This document shows, in pieces, positions 12,710-25,892 of a DNA stretch of 64,000 nt. Under the pieces are notes generated by a model, which did not search any database, was not told where the DNA came from, and saw nothing but the letters and a program-made list of their open reading frames with translations. The stretch comes from Mobula hypostoma (lineage: Eukaryota), in contig NC_086097.1 in NCBI RefSeq assembly GCF_963921235.1, positions 123,878,001-123,942,000 on the forward strand, given 5' to 3'. Both the position numbers and the translations under genes were made by a program. Within the stretch, counting starts at the first letter, position 1. Every line of letters starts with the position of its first letter.

Positions 12710-13220
12710 AGGACATAGGAGCAGAATTAGGCCATTCACCCCATCGAGTCTGATCTGCCATTATTAGCCTTCACAACTCCATTCTCCTGCCTTCACCCTG
12801 TAACCTTTGACACCCTGACTAATCAAGAACCAATCAACCTCCACTTTAAATATACCCAATAACTTGGCTTTCACAGCTTCACCTCTTTCTTGCTAAAGAA
12901 ATCCCTTCTTATCTCTGTTCTAAAGGGACGTGCTTGTATTCTGAGGTGTGCCCTCTGGTCCTGGACACACCCCCTCCTAATATAGGAAACATACTCTCCT
13001 CATCCACACTATCTAGGCCCTTATGACATTCTATAGGTTTCAATGAGATACCTCCCCCCCATTCTTCTAAATTCCAGTTAGTACAGGCGCAGAGCCATCA
13101 AATGCTCCTCAAACATTAACTCTTTCATTCCCAGAATCATTCTTGCAGACCTTCTCTAGACCCTGTCCAATGCCAGCACATCTTTTCTTAGATAAAGTGC
13201 CCAAATTTGTTCACAATTAT
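12710..13220 (-). mobile_element. CR1 LINE 3' fragment
   Basis: Reverse complement of CR1 3' end (cataggagcagaattaggccattc...). Confidence 0.85.
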
Positions 13221-13617
13221 GTCAACTGGCTCTCAAAAAGTATTTCTAGTGTCAATAGTTATTCATGAAAAAAAAAGTTAGATCATTTTGCAAAAAAAAC
13301 TCTATTCCTCTCATACATGCAAGAGATTCTGCAGATGCTGGAATTCCAGAAGCAACACACTCAAAATGGAGAGAAATAAGCAGTCAGTGATTGTTGAGAC
13401 CATCTCAGCCCCAAGCATTGTCTGTTTATTCCTCTCCATTATTTGCTGTCTGACCTGCAGAGTTCCTCCAGCATTTTGTGTGTTATTCTATTCATCTCAA
13501 TGATTTCTTTCCATGTCTCCAATTCTCTCCATTTCCAAAGATCACACTTTGAAGATACAGATATAATGTTGACTCACATGATGTGCCACATACTGCATTT
13601 CAGGTACAAGAGCTCAC

Positions 13618-13686
13618 CTTCATTAGTTCCCGCTTCTTCTTACTTTTGATTAACATCTGGTCCTCTACCACATCTTCCATCTGTAT
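13618..13686 (-). CDS. RGS22: RGS22 coding exon, phase 0-0
   Basis: CTCTAG/GTGAGC, 69 nt, IQMEDVVEDQMLIKSKKKRELMK (cf. recalled VQMKDIAEELLLQK). Confidence 0.88.
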
Positions 13687-13794
13687 CTAGAGTTTAGATA
13701 CCAAAAATAAAACTTCAGGGTATGTAGTTACAACACAATCTTAAAAAAGATTAGATGCGTTTTTTCTAAACACTATTTACACTGTTTTTAGCGC

Positions 13795-14527
13795 ATAAGA
13801 CAGGATCAGAATTAGGCCATTCGGCCCATCTGGTCATGGTGGAATTATTATTCCCTATCAACCCCATTCTCCTGCCTTTTCCCTATAAACTTTGACGCTG
13901 TTACAAATCAAGAACCTATCAACCTTTGCTTTAAATATATCCAATAACTTGGCCTCCACAGCTGTCTGTGGCAATGGATTCCATAGATTCACCACCCTCT
14001 GGCTGAAGAAATTTTTCCTCATCTCTGTTCTGAAGGGACATCCTTCTGATGCTGTGCCCTCTGGCCCTGGACTCTCCCACTCCTGGAAACATCCTCTCCA
14101 CGTCCACTTATTCTAGGCCTTTCAATATTCAATAAGTTACAATGAGATTTTTCCCTCAAACTTAGTGAGAACCATCAAATATTCCTCATATATTAACCCT
14201 TTCCACCTCAGGATCAATTCTTTAAGCCTCCTCTGGACTGTCTCCATCACCAGCTCATCCTTCCTCAGATATGGGGCCCAAAACAGTTCACAACATTCCA
14301 AATGTAATCTGACTAACACTGCAGCATTACAGCCCTGCTTTTGTATTCTAGTCCTCTTGAAATGAATGCTAATATTGCATTTGCCTTCTTTACTACCAAC
14401 TCACCCTACAAGGGAATCTTACATTAGGACTCCCAAGTCCCTTTGCACCTCTAATTTTCACTTTCTCTCCCCATTTAGAAAATAGTCTATGACTTTATTC
14501 CTTCTACCAAAGTGCATGACCATACAC
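13795..14527 (-). mobile_element. CR1 LINE 3' fragment
   Basis: LVRLHLECCELFWAPYLRKD remnant plus 3'UTR. Confidence 0.85.
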
Positions 14528-15879
14528 AGGGCCCTTCGCATTGTCAATTATCCCTTCCATCCATCCAACTATCTCTTTGCCCTCTACCATCAGGCAGGAG
14601 GTACTGTAGCATTAGGACAAGGACCGTTAGAATGGGAAACAGCTTCTTTCCCTCGACCGTGAGATATCTGAACTCCCTGCCACCACCCAGGTCTCATCAT
14701 GTACAAAGCGCTAGTAGCATTTTATTGTTTACTTTTTGACTTGTGTCCAAGTTCAAAGTAAATTTTATTATCAAAGTACATATGTGTCACCATGTACAAC
14801 CCTGGGATTCATTTTCCTGTGGACATACTCAACAAACCAATACAGGATCAATGAAAGATCAGCCAGAGTGCAGAAGATAACAAGCTGTGCAAAAAATAAT
14901 AAGAACATGAGATAAAGAGTCCTTAAAGTGAGATCATTGGTTGTGGGAACATTTCAATGATGAGCAAGTGAGTGTAGTTATCCCCTTCTATTCAAGAGCC
15001 TGATGGTTGAGGGGTAGTAACTGCTCTTGAGCTGGTGGTGTGAGGTATGAGGCACTTGTCCCTTCTACCTGATGGCAACAGAGAGAAGGGTGTTCATAAA
15101 TGCACCCTAGTATTTGTTAATTTATTTGTGTTCATATTACTTTATATGTTGTGTGTGAGGAATGTGTATTGTGTTGTGCACCTTGGTCTGGAGGAAAGTT
15201 GCTTTGTTTGACGGTATACATGTATAAGGTTGAAATGACAATAAACTTGAACTTCACTTGGAGTACTCATCAGAGAGTGCAGTAGGAGGATATTCAGTCC
15301 AGTGTGTCTATGCCAGCTCTTTGAAAGAGTTAAGTAAGTGGCTTTTGCCCTTGCTTCACAGGAAGAAAATGACTAGCTTGGAAAGGCAGCATGTAAGGCC
15401 AAAAGGCTTCATTCCAAGCTCTATAATTTCATGACTCGAAGAGCATTTCTTAATCCAATCACACATGCCATGAAAGATGATCCTCCAAATTTCTCATTTA
15501 CAATTCAAGTACTAACCTCCACGGTATCAATGAACCAATCACAATTCACTCTCCATATAAAATTCTAACATTAGCCCCAATGAATATCAGCAAGGTTTCA
15601 AAGTCTCGTATCCCCAATATCCAGCTAGAATTCCACAATATGATTCAGAAGCTCTATACCACATTTGATACATCCAGTGCTGTCTGGCCCAATGAAGTAT
15701 TTACATCACTTCCCTTCTTCTGTATTCATGATGGGAGGAAAATTAACTTTGGCCACAGGTATAAGAGCTAGATATTTTCCTTACTAAATGCTTTGCTGAA
15801 TGTTTTACCCAAATGCCTCTGTATGTAAACCCATTTTCTCTTTTATTTTTCAGTGCAATCCCACTTAAATATTAAAGTA

Positions 15880-16190
15880 AGATTAGCTTTATTTGTCACA
15901 TGTGCATTGAAACATACAATGAAATGCATCGTTTGAATCAAATTAAATCAGCGAGGACTGTGCTGGGGCAGCCTGCAAGTGTTGCTATGCTACTGGCACC
16001 AACATAGAACCACCACAATTTCCTAATCCTAACTTGGAAGTCTTTGGAATATGGGAGAAAACGGAAGCACCTGGAGGAAACCCACGTGGTCACGGGGAGA
16101 ATGTACAAACCTCTGACAGACAGTGGCAGAATTCAACTGAGGTCAGTGATTGCTGGTGCTATAAAGCGTTGTGCTAACTGCTAAGCACAT
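15880..16190 (-). mobile_element. tRNA-derived V-SINE
   Basis: V-domain reverse complement gaagcacctggaggaaacccacgtggtcacggggagaatgtacaaac. Confidence 0.75.
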
Positions 16191-17290
16191 TTCTGTCAGT
16201 TTCTACAGCAGACTTATACAGTTTTCACACTCAATTGTGAATTTAACAGTAATTTTTAAAATTAAATCGAGATGCTATATATCTGAAATTAAAATTGTGA
16301 TGCTTAACCAGCATCTGTGGGGAAAGAAGGTGAGTTAACATTTCAGGTCAATGTCTTTTGAGCGTATGAATTCTGATGAAGAGTAATGAACATGAATGTT
16401 AATTCTGCTTTCTCCATAGGAATAGCCTGACCTGCTTGGTATTTTCAGCACTTGCTGTTTATATTTGAAAGTTGCGTGTCCATGTTTGTTACCTCCATCG
16501 GATGTCCACGTGAGCAGAAGATGTGAGGGCTGGTGAGTCAGTGGTCCTGGAGTTCAGCGCCCCAACATCGGCTGGTCCGGTGGGGGGGGGTGCAGGGGAG
16601 ACAACAGTGAAGGTCAAAACCCAAAAGTTGATTGGAAGCCCAGAAGTCAATGCTTGATGGCCAAAGGCTGGAGACTGGAGACTAGAGGCCCAGGGTTGCA
16701 GGGCTGTCCATGTGTGTATGGGTGGGTGGGAGGGAGGAAAGGGGCTTGCTTTGCTGTTGTTTTGTTGTTTGGGATGTTGTCTTTTGTTGTGTTCTGTGTT
16801 GTTCTGCTAAGCATGGCGGGCATGCTATCGAGTTCAAGTTCATGTTAAGCTTATTGTAATTAGCGTGCCTATAAAAAGCATTCATCCCATGTTTTATTGT
16901 TTTACAACATTGAATCACAGTGGATTTAGTTTGGCTTTTTTGACGCGGATCAACAGAAAAAGACTCTTTCATAGCAAAGTGAAAACAGATCTCTACAAGG
17001 TGATCTAAACTAACCACAAATATAAAACACAAAATAATTGATTGCACAAGTATTCACCTCCTTTAATATGACACACCAAATCATCGCTGGTGCAGCCAAT
17101 TGGTTTTAGAAGTCACATAATTAGTTAAATAGAGATCACCTGTGTGCAGTCAAGGTGTTTCAATTGTTTGTGGTAAAAAATACACCTGTATCTGGAAGGT
17201 CCAACTGCTGATGAGTGGGGCTGTGGGAGTTTTGCGGAGAGGAGATTGAGTGTGTGTTGGAAGCAGTGGGTCGAGACGGCTGACTGGAAA

Positions 17291-18500
17291 ATGGCGGAGA
17301 GAGAGAACATCAAGGAAAGTGCCAAGCTGTTGAAGGAAGTTTTTGGTGAGAGTGGAAGTGATCTAGAGATGGAGGTTGGCGGGAAAGAGGAATGGAATGG
17401 AAAGAGGAAGAAAAGAAAGCAGAGGTATGGGATATCAGACTCTGAGGAGTCAGCGGATGATCAAAACAGGACAGCAAAACAATGGAAAGAAGATGAGATT
17501 AAAGCAATTATAAAACTAAGTGAAGACGGGGCATCTTTTGGTGATTGGAACCCAATTCATTTGACGAAGATGCTCAACAAAATTGTAGGCGAGATTAAAA
17601 GAGCAAAGATTTTACGAAATGGATCGCTATTAGTGATTTGGCGGGACAGTGCTCAGCAAGGTAAAGTGATAAAATTAAGTAAAATAGACGGCAAAGAAGT
17701 ACAATGCTCAATACCCAACAATAGAAAGTGGACTAGAGGAGTTATTTCGGGGATACCAACAAAAGTTACTATGGATGAGATTAAACAGAACATAAAAGGA
17801 GCAAAAATTATTGAGGCCAAATGTTTGAAAGTTACAAGAAACGGGAAAAAGTGTGATAGTTTATCGATAATGATTAACTTTGATGAAGAGAGATTGCCGA
17901 CTAACGTTTACTTACAGTATATGTGTTTTGCAGTTAGAATATGTATACCACCGCCTTTAAGATGCTATAAATGTCAGAAATTCGGGCACATTGTGGTGGT
18001 CTGCAGAGGAAAACAAAGATGTAGGAGCTGCGCTGGAGAACATGAATATGGGAAATGGGAAGCAGGAGCTAGGCTGAAATGCTGCAATTGTGGCAAGGAA
18101 CACAGCGCAGCTTAGCGAGGGTGCATTTATAGCAAGCAGGCGGCTGAGATACAATATGTAAAAGTAACTCAAGGAATCAGTTATGCAGAGGCAGTGAAAG
18201 AATTTGATTAAAAAAAAGGCTGTCAAGCAAACAAATAAAGGGAATAATAAACTGGTGAATTGTGAGGGCTGTAATATGAAAAATAAGGATACACTATTAA
18301 TGAGTAGAAAGGATTTCATGCTTTTTATGGTGGATGCAATTAATTGTTCAGTGCAAACAAGAAAAAGAGCTGAAAAAATTAAAATTATAGTCAAGTCTTC
18401 AGAAAAGTATCTTGGTATTAAAGGGATTAGGTGGGAAGAAGTCAAAGAAACGCTGAATGGAGGATACAACAATTCACAGGCAGGGGAGATGGAATCTTAA
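17291..18500 (+). pseudogene. LINE ORF1 (gag-like, three Cys/His knuckles), with stop at 18113 and a later frameshift
   Basis: RGVISGIP, PPPLRCYKCQKFGH..C, RCRSCAGEH and KCCNCGKEHSAA; continues with ISYAEAVK after the stop. Confidence 0.8.
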
Positions 18501-18811
18501 TGGTAGTATATTTATCACAAATGATCAAGAATTTAAGAAATGCTTCAGAACTTAATGAAAATCCTCAGATTTTATGGTTGAAGCCCGGGGTAAATGTGCA
18601 GAACTCCAACAACAAATAGAAGTACCTGACAAGAACAACTGTGAGTTGGAAAGAGATTGGAAAATGGAGGAAATTATTACAAGGACACAAAAGGAAAAGG
18701 AATTTGTTGCAAAGTGAATTATCTACATTCAGATTATAATATAAAATGAAAACATGGAAGCAAATGAAGGAGAACTCCAAGGCCTCAGTAAACAACTGCA
18801 GGCTACGATCC

Positions 18812-19891
18812 AAACAAAGAGTGGGAATAAATGGGACCTTTTCAGAATGGCAGGCGGTGACTAGTGGGGTACCGCAAGGCTCAGTGCTGGGACCCCAGTT
18901 GTTTACAATATATATTAATGACTTGGATGAGGGAATTAAATGCAGCATCTCCAAGTTTGCGGATGACACGAAGCTGGGTGGCAGTGTTAGCTGTGAGGAG
19001 GATGCTAAGAGGATGCAGAGTGACTTGGATAGGTTGGGTGAGTGGGCAAATTCATGGCAGATGCAATTTAATGTGGATAAATGTGAAGTTATCCACTTTG
19101 GTGGCAAAAATAGGAAAACAGATTATTATCTGAATGGTGGCCGATTAGGAAAAGGGGAGGTGCAATGAGACCTGGGTGTCATTATACACCAGTCATTGAA
19201 AGTGGGCATGCAGGTACAGCAGGCGGTGAAAAAGGCGAATGGTATGCTGGCATTTATAGCGAGAGGATTCGAGTACAGGAGCAGGGAGGTACTACTGCAG
19301 TTGTACAAGGCCTTGGTGAGACCACACCTGGAGTATTGTGTGCAGTTTTGGTCCCCTAATCTGAGGAAAGACATCCTTGCCATAGAGGGAGTACAAAGAA
19401 GGTTCACCAGATTGATTCCTGGAATGGCAGGACTTTCATATGAAGAAAGACTGGATGAACTGGGCTTGTACTCGTTGGAATTTAGAAGATTGAGGGGAGA
19501 TCTGATTGAAACGTATAAAATCCTAAAGGGATTGGACAGGCTAGATGCAGGAAGATTGTTCCCAATGTTGGGGAAGTCCAGAACAAGGGGTCACAGTTTG
19601 AGGATAAAGGGGAAGCCTTTTAGGACCGAGATTAGGAAAAACTTCTTCACACAGAGAGTGGTGAATCTGTGGAATTCTCTGCCACAGGAAACAGTTGAGG
19701 CCAGTTCATTGGCTATATTTAAGAGGGAGTTAGATATGGTGCTTGTGGCTACGGGGATCAGGGGGTATGGAGGGAAGGCCGGGGCGGGGTTCTGAGTTGG
19801 ATGATCAGCCATGATCATAATAAATGGCGGTGCAGGCTCGAAGGGCCGAATGGCCTACTCCTGCACCTATTTTCTATGTTTCTATGTTTCT
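18812..19891 (+). mobile_element. Young 5'-truncated CR1 LINE
   Basis: GVPQGSVLGP and FADD RT motifs, one CGA>TGA stop at 19166, (tttctatg)n tail. Near-identical to 35880-38333. Confidence 0.95.
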
Positions 19892-20327
19892 AAAAGGAAA
19901 ACCTGAAAAAGCAGATAGACTTGGAAAAACAGCAATTTTAAAAGTATAACATGCGATAATTACTATTCTTTAACAAGACGATTTTAGTCTTACAAGTGAT
20001 GTAGATGAAATCAATGTAATTGAGGTAATGTAACTACATGAAAACGTGACAATATTAGGGAAGAATAGCAGTTTGCAGCATTATCTAATGAGTGCATTAA
20101 GCATTCACGAGGAATTGCAACTACAGAGTGATGCTAATAGAGAACTGCAGGCTGAACTAGATTGTCTAAAGTAGAGAACTCCAGGACATATTTGGTTGGA
20201 ACACCACAAGTCTAGCAGGTGGCGGTAATGCACTGAAAAACTGGTTGCCAACCTCCATAAAACAAAAAAGAAGAAGAAGAAGAAGGTCCAACTGCTGGTG
20301 AGACAGTATCCTGGCAAAAACTACACC

Positions 20328-21337
20328 ATGAAGATAAAAGAATACTCCAAGCAACTCTGCAGAAAGGTTATTGAAAAGCACAAGTCAGGAGATAGATACA
20401 AGAACAAGTCCAAATCACTGAATATCCCTTGGAGTGCACATAAGTCAATCATCAAGAAATGGAAAGAATATGGCACAACTGAATCGGCCTAGAGCAGGCC
20501 ATCCTCAAGAACTGAGTGACCATGCAAGAAGGGAACTGGCAAGGGAGGCCACTAAGAGACCTGCATCAACTCTGGAGGAGTTACAAGCTCTGTAGAAATT
20601 TGAGATGGGAGAAACTGTGCAGACAACTGTTATCCAGCTGCTACAGCAGTCACAGCTTTATGGGAGCGTGGCAAAGAGAAAGACACTTTTGACAAAAACT
20701 CACATGAAATCTTGGCTAGAGTTCGCAAAAGGCATGTGGGGAAACTCTGATGTCAACTGAAAGAAGGTTTCATCATCTGATGAGACCAAAGGTGAGCTTT
20801 TCAACCATCTGACTAAACCCTACGCTTGGTGTAACACCACAAGTCATTGAAACACGCCATCCCTACCGTGAGGCACAGTGGTGGCTGCATCATGCTGTGA
20901 GGATGCTTCACTGCAGCAGGCCCTGGAAGGCTTGTGAAGGTAGACGGTAAACCGAATGCAGCAAAATACAGGTAAATCCTGGAAAGAGACCTGATACAGT
21001 CTGCAAGAGAACTGTGACTTGGGAGGAGATTTGTTTTCCAGCAAGACAATGACCCCAAGCATAAAGCCAAAGCTGCGCAGGAATGGCATAAAAACAACAA
21101 CAGTTAATGTCCTGGAGTGGCCAAGTCAGAGTCCAGACCTCAATTTGATTGAGAATTTGCGGCTGGACTTGAAAAGGGCTGTTCACTCTTGATCCCCATG
21201 TAATCTCACAGTTTGAACAGTCTTGTTAAGAAGAATGGGGAAAAATTTCAGTGTCCTGATGTGCAAAGCTGATGGAGACCTATCCACACAGACTCAGGGC
21301 TGTAATGGCTGCCAAAGGTGCATCTACTAAATACTGA
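20328..21337 (+). pseudogene. Tc1 transposase pseudogene
   Basis: MKIKEYSKQL..IIKKWKEYGTT, SDETK, FQQDNDPKHK, WPSQSPDLNLIENL and AAKGASTKY* motifs; stops and frameshifts. Confidence 0.9.
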
Positions 21338-21557
21338 CTTGAAGGGGGTGAGTTATTATGCAGTCAATTATTTTGTGTTTAATAATTGTAATAAATTTAG
21401 ACCAATTTTTAGAGATTTGTTTTCACTTTTACATGGAAGAGTCTTGTTTGTTGATCAGTGTCAAGAAAAAAGCTGAATTAAATCCACTGTGATTCAATAT
21501 CGTAAAACAATAAAACATGAAAACTTCCAAGGGGGTTGAATATGCTTTATGGGCACC

Positions 21558-23260
21558 ATACATGGATACCGCCAAACAAAACAACGTTCTTCCAAACCAA
21601 GGTGCACAACACAATATGTATAACTCACACACAACACTTAAAATAACATTACCACAAATAATAAAGTACATTTGCGTCACGTGTAGAGGTATAACACTAC
21701 TGGCGCTTCATTCGTGGTGAGACCTGGGTGGTGGCAGGGAGTTCAGTTGTCTCTCGGCCGAGGGGAAGGAGCTGTTTTGCATCCTAACAGTGCTTGTCCT
21801 AATGCTATGGTACCTCCTGTCAGATGGTAGGGGGTCAAAGAGACTGTTGGGCAGATGAGATAGATCATTTGCAATGCATATGCAGCACTCCTGATAAGTA
21901 TCTTAGATGAGTGGAACAGGGACTCCGTTAATCCCCTTCAGCAGTCCTCACAATCCTTTGTAGGGTGTTGTGATTTGATGCTTTTCAATTCCAGTACCAG
22001 TGATGCAGCAAGTCAGGATACTCAATAGAGCTCCTGTAAAAATTGGTTAGAATGGTGGAGCGGGGAGCCTCATTTACCTCAATCTCCACTGGAAGAGGAA
22101 ATGCTGCCGTGCTGTCTTGACTAAAGAGGTGGTGTTGAGGGATCAGTTAAGATTATGTGCACTGCCAGAAACTCGTAGTTCCTAACTCTCTCCACAGCGG
22201 AGCTGTTTCTGTGCAGTGAGAAGTGACCAGCCTGCACCTCCCTGAAGCCTACAATCATCTCTTTAGTCTTGTCCACATTGAGACTCAAGTTGGTGTGCTC
22301 GCACCATTCTACCAGCTGCCCTACCTCTTCTCTGTAGGTGGTCTCCTCATCATTGTTGATGAGGCCAACCACTGTTGCGTCATTAGCGAACTTGATGATT
22401 CAGTTTGAGCTGGATCTAGCAGTATAGTCATGCGTCAGCATCGTGAACAGCAGTGGGCTGAGCACACAGCTGCTCATTGTGATGGAGTTACAGATGTTTC
22501 TGCCAACATGGACTGACTGTGGCCTTTCTGTCAAGAAGTCCAAGATCCAGTTACAGAAAGGAGTGTTGAAACAAGGACAGTTTACCCAACAGCTTCTGAG
22601 GGATGATCATACTAAACACTGAGGTAAAGTTGTTAAACAATATCTTGCGCGTAAGATGCCATTTTCCAGGTGGGAGAGGATGGAGTGGAGTGTATAGGTT
22701 ATGGCATCATCAGTGCACTGATTTGAGCAATAAGCAAACTGGAAACAGTACAATCTAGCAGGAAGATGGGATTTAATGTGATCCATAACCAGCTGCTCAA
22801 AGCACTTCATTATTGTTGAGGTCAGTGTCACTGGACGGTAGTCGTTAACAAGGGTTACTGTCACTCTCTTCTATCTGGGATGATAGTGGACTGTTTCAGA
22901 GAGATGTTGAAGATGTCTGTCGGAACCTCAGTTGACTGGGTTACACAGTCCCTCAGCACCCGACCAGGTATGCTATTAGGCCCCCCGGCTTTACGTGAGT
23001 TGACACTTGACACTGGTTAGAGTCTTTCTTACATCAGCTGTGGTGAGACAGGGTGCCTGCTCCTCGGGGGAGTGGGGGAGCGAGTTTCCTTGCCAGCACG
23101 TCGTTCTGTGCATCAAACTGAGCTAAAAGACATTCAGCATATCAGGAAGAGAAGCGTCATGATTGTTGACACGCAGGTGAATTTGTACCCTGTCATTGTC
23201 TGAATGCCCTGCGACATGCGCCTCGTGTATCATGTTGTACATTCGCTGTGAATAATCCTG
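21558..23260 (-). mobile_element. Rex1/Babar LINE, decayed; its 3' tail lies at approx. 16832-16861
   Basis: NDYRPVTLTSTIMKCFEQLV and LSLNVDKTKEMIV motifs; similar to 9640-11682. Confidence 0.85.
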
Positions 23261-24108
23261 TTTTGCCTTCCTGATGGTGCGGGAAAGAACAGCTCTTGCT
23301 GACCTGAGACCCAGGAGGGATGAATCGAATGGACAAGGAAATCATGGATGGAGTGATCTCTGCAGAAAGCGTAGAGTGGGGGGTGGGGAGGTAAAGGTGC
23401 CTTTAGTGGTAGGATCCTGTTGAAACTGGACACATCGCCTGCTTAGAAGATGCTATGTTGGCGATGGAATATGTGGTAACGTTTCTGGGCTGCCCCCAGC
23501 ATATCCTTAGGACTTTACTAAGGATATTACTTTGACTTTGAAGGTTGTGTTGGTTGTTAACACAGATGATGCATTTCACTGTATGTTTCAATGTACATGT
23601 GATAAATGAATGAATCGGAATCTGGCCTGGAATCAATTTCACTGCTGCCCGTAAGGAGTTTGTATATTCTCTCCATCAACATGTAGGTTTCCTCCATGTG
23701 CTCCAGTTTCCACCCACATTCCAAAGAGGTACGGGTTAGGAAGTTGTTGGCATGCTAAATTGACGCCAGAAGCATAGTGAAACTTAAGGGCTGCCCCCAG
23801 CATATCCCCGGACTTTGTTCATTGTTGATGCAAACAGTGCCTTTCACTGTATGTTTTGATATACACATGATAGATAAATAATTTACTTTAGAAATTCACA
23901 CACAGTTCATGTGACTTTTTTGGTTAACTGATCACCTATATAATTAATTTTTCTTCCAACGATGTTCTTCAAATAATGCTCTATCATTGCAAGTGATGCA
24001 TGCCAAATATGACAAAGGTTTAGCTTGCATGTTTGGCAAAGGTTTACAAATGCTTTACATTTGATACAGCCTGCTTTAAGAAGAAGGTCAAGCCCAGGAT
24101 TACCGTAC

Positions 24109-24267
24109 TTGTTTGTGGCTCTTCTCAAGGAACTCCGGTGAAGCCAAGAATTTGGGCAGCCACTTTCTTTCCAAGCGTGCTTTTGCATAATTTTGTAGTT
24201 CAGTGCCAACCAGTAAAGACAACTGATCATGCAGCAACTTGTATTGACCTCCAGCCAGCATCACCAC
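24109..24267 (-). CDS. RGS22: RGS22 coding exon, phase 0-0
   Basis: CCCTAG/GTACGG, 159 nt, VVMLAGGQYKLLHDQLSLLVGTELQNYAKARLERKWLPKFLASPEFLEKSHKQ. Confidence 0.93.
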
Positions 24268-24879
24268 CTAGGGAACAAAACCAAATTTATAAGCACTAGA
24301 AATGCTAGAAATCCAGAGCAACACACTCAGAATTCTGGAGCAACTCAGCAGGTCAGGCAGCATCTATGGAGAGGAATAAACAGTTGACATTTTGAGCTGA
24401 AACCCATCATCCAGAATGGAAAGGAAGGTGCAGAATTTATGGTAGTTTGGTGTCTGATTTTCTTATGTTAAAATTGAAAGAGTCAACTGTATATTTATCC
24501 CTCCTATTGCATTCCTAATACTTCAAATACAATAAATTATTCAAAATTGTTTAGTAAAGATGAGTTGCCTCTTAATGCTTCCATAAATGATTTTAATAAA
24601 CTCATCATTATATATTATAGTGTATACATTTGGTAAGATTTTGTTCTAAAGTAGGAAAATGTACAAGAGCATCCTTCAAACTGCTACTAAGTAAGCACAT
24701 GATTTTAAGTAAACAAGATTCTTTAGCCAGAGGGTGCTGAAACTGTGGAATTCATTGCCACTGACATCTGTGGAGGCCAAGATACTGGGCATACTTAAAG
24801 TAGAAACTGCTCGGTTCTTGATTCAGGTTTATTATCACCGCATATGTCATAAAATTTGTAGAAGTCTTCAGCACATGTA

Positions 24880-25256
24880 AAAACAAAATTCTGTAAAGCA
24901 AAGATGCTTTCAAAAATAATGAAATGAAAAACTTTAAAATAAAAAAATACTGTAAAGAGCAGTGAACAGAAAAAAAACTAAATCAAATCAATATCTGTTG
25001 TGACCAGTCTGTGCCTTTAAAACTGCATCAGTTCTGTTAGGTACATATCTTGCTGTTTTATAACAAAATTGGCTGGTAGGTTGTTGCAAGCATCTTGGAG
25101 AACTTGCCATGGTTCTGCAGACTCTGGCTGTCTCGCTTGCTTATATCTCTCCAGGTAATCCCAGCCAGCCTTGATGATGTTAAGATCAGGGCTCTATGGA
25201 GGCCTTCCATATATTAACAAATCTATGGTGCCTAAGACTTTGGCACAGTACTGTAT
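24880..25256. mobile_element. Tc1-like remnant
   Basis: Ends in gtgcctaagactttggcacagtactgta, the same TIR as the 2862-3394 MITE. Confidence 0.55.
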
Positions 25257-25729
25257 ATCTTATGGTCCTGTATTTAATGATTCAAGCCAATTCTGTCATT
25301 CATTGCTGATTTTACCTTCAATTTTTTTTTCAGGACCACATCCTTTGACAGTTTTTCTATCAGAAAACTGTTAATGTAGGTCCCAAAAAGGTCATTTGAC
25401 TTTTAGCCCAGATTATCTTAAAGGAAATAATTTCTTTGTGTCTACCATTCAAAGGTTAATTTTTGATTGCTTCACCACCTTTGATTTTTCAGAAGCGGGG
25501 AGGGAGAAAGGGAGAGGGATATATATATATATAAAATATAGAGAGAGAGACTCACTCTCTCTCATCCTCTCTCTATTTACTAATAATAAATTTACCTTGA
25601 ACCTGTCGAGGAAGTTAGAAAATCTTAAATTTAAATCCTAACTTTGGCAAAGAGGAAAGGCTGCCATTTTCAGCTATGTTAAACCACAAAACGAAGATTT
25701 AACTTTGCATTAAGTATTCAGACCATTAC

Positions 25730-25892
25730 CTCCTCCTGTTGTGATTTTGTTGCTGGGCTGCTCGGTCCAAAGAAATACTTATAATTCAGATATTTTTTGA
25801 TAATCTCTTTGGACTTGTTAGCTTTATTTTCCTTCTCATCTTTGGGTATCTTTCTATATTTCTCAATGTCCAACCAGCAATTGAGATCCATG
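25730..25892 (-). CDS. RGS22: RGS22 coding exon (RGS domain), phase 2-0
   Basis: CCCACAG/GTAATG, 163 nt, MDLNCWLDIEKYRKIPKDEKENKANKSKEIIKKYLNYKYFFGPSSPATKSQQEE. Confidence 0.95.

Larger units (their letters stand above)
17211..20281 (+). mobile_element. I-group (Nimb-like) LINE, ORF1 retained and ORF2 essentially missing
   Basis: Gag-like ORF1, (AAG)n tail, 16-bp TSD gaaggtccaactgctg at 17195-17210 and 20282-20297. Confidence 0.8.
16862..21557 (+). mobile_element. Tc1-family DNA transposon (long TIRs), interrupted by a LINE
   Basis: Inverted terminal repeats of about 200 bp at 16862-17062 and 21340-21557, with transposase pseudogene between. Confidence 0.9.

Noticed and set aside
17246..18115. 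Host zinc-finger gene (289-aa ORF)
   Set aside because: It is a LINE ORF1 inside a TSD-flanked insertion, with a premature stop.
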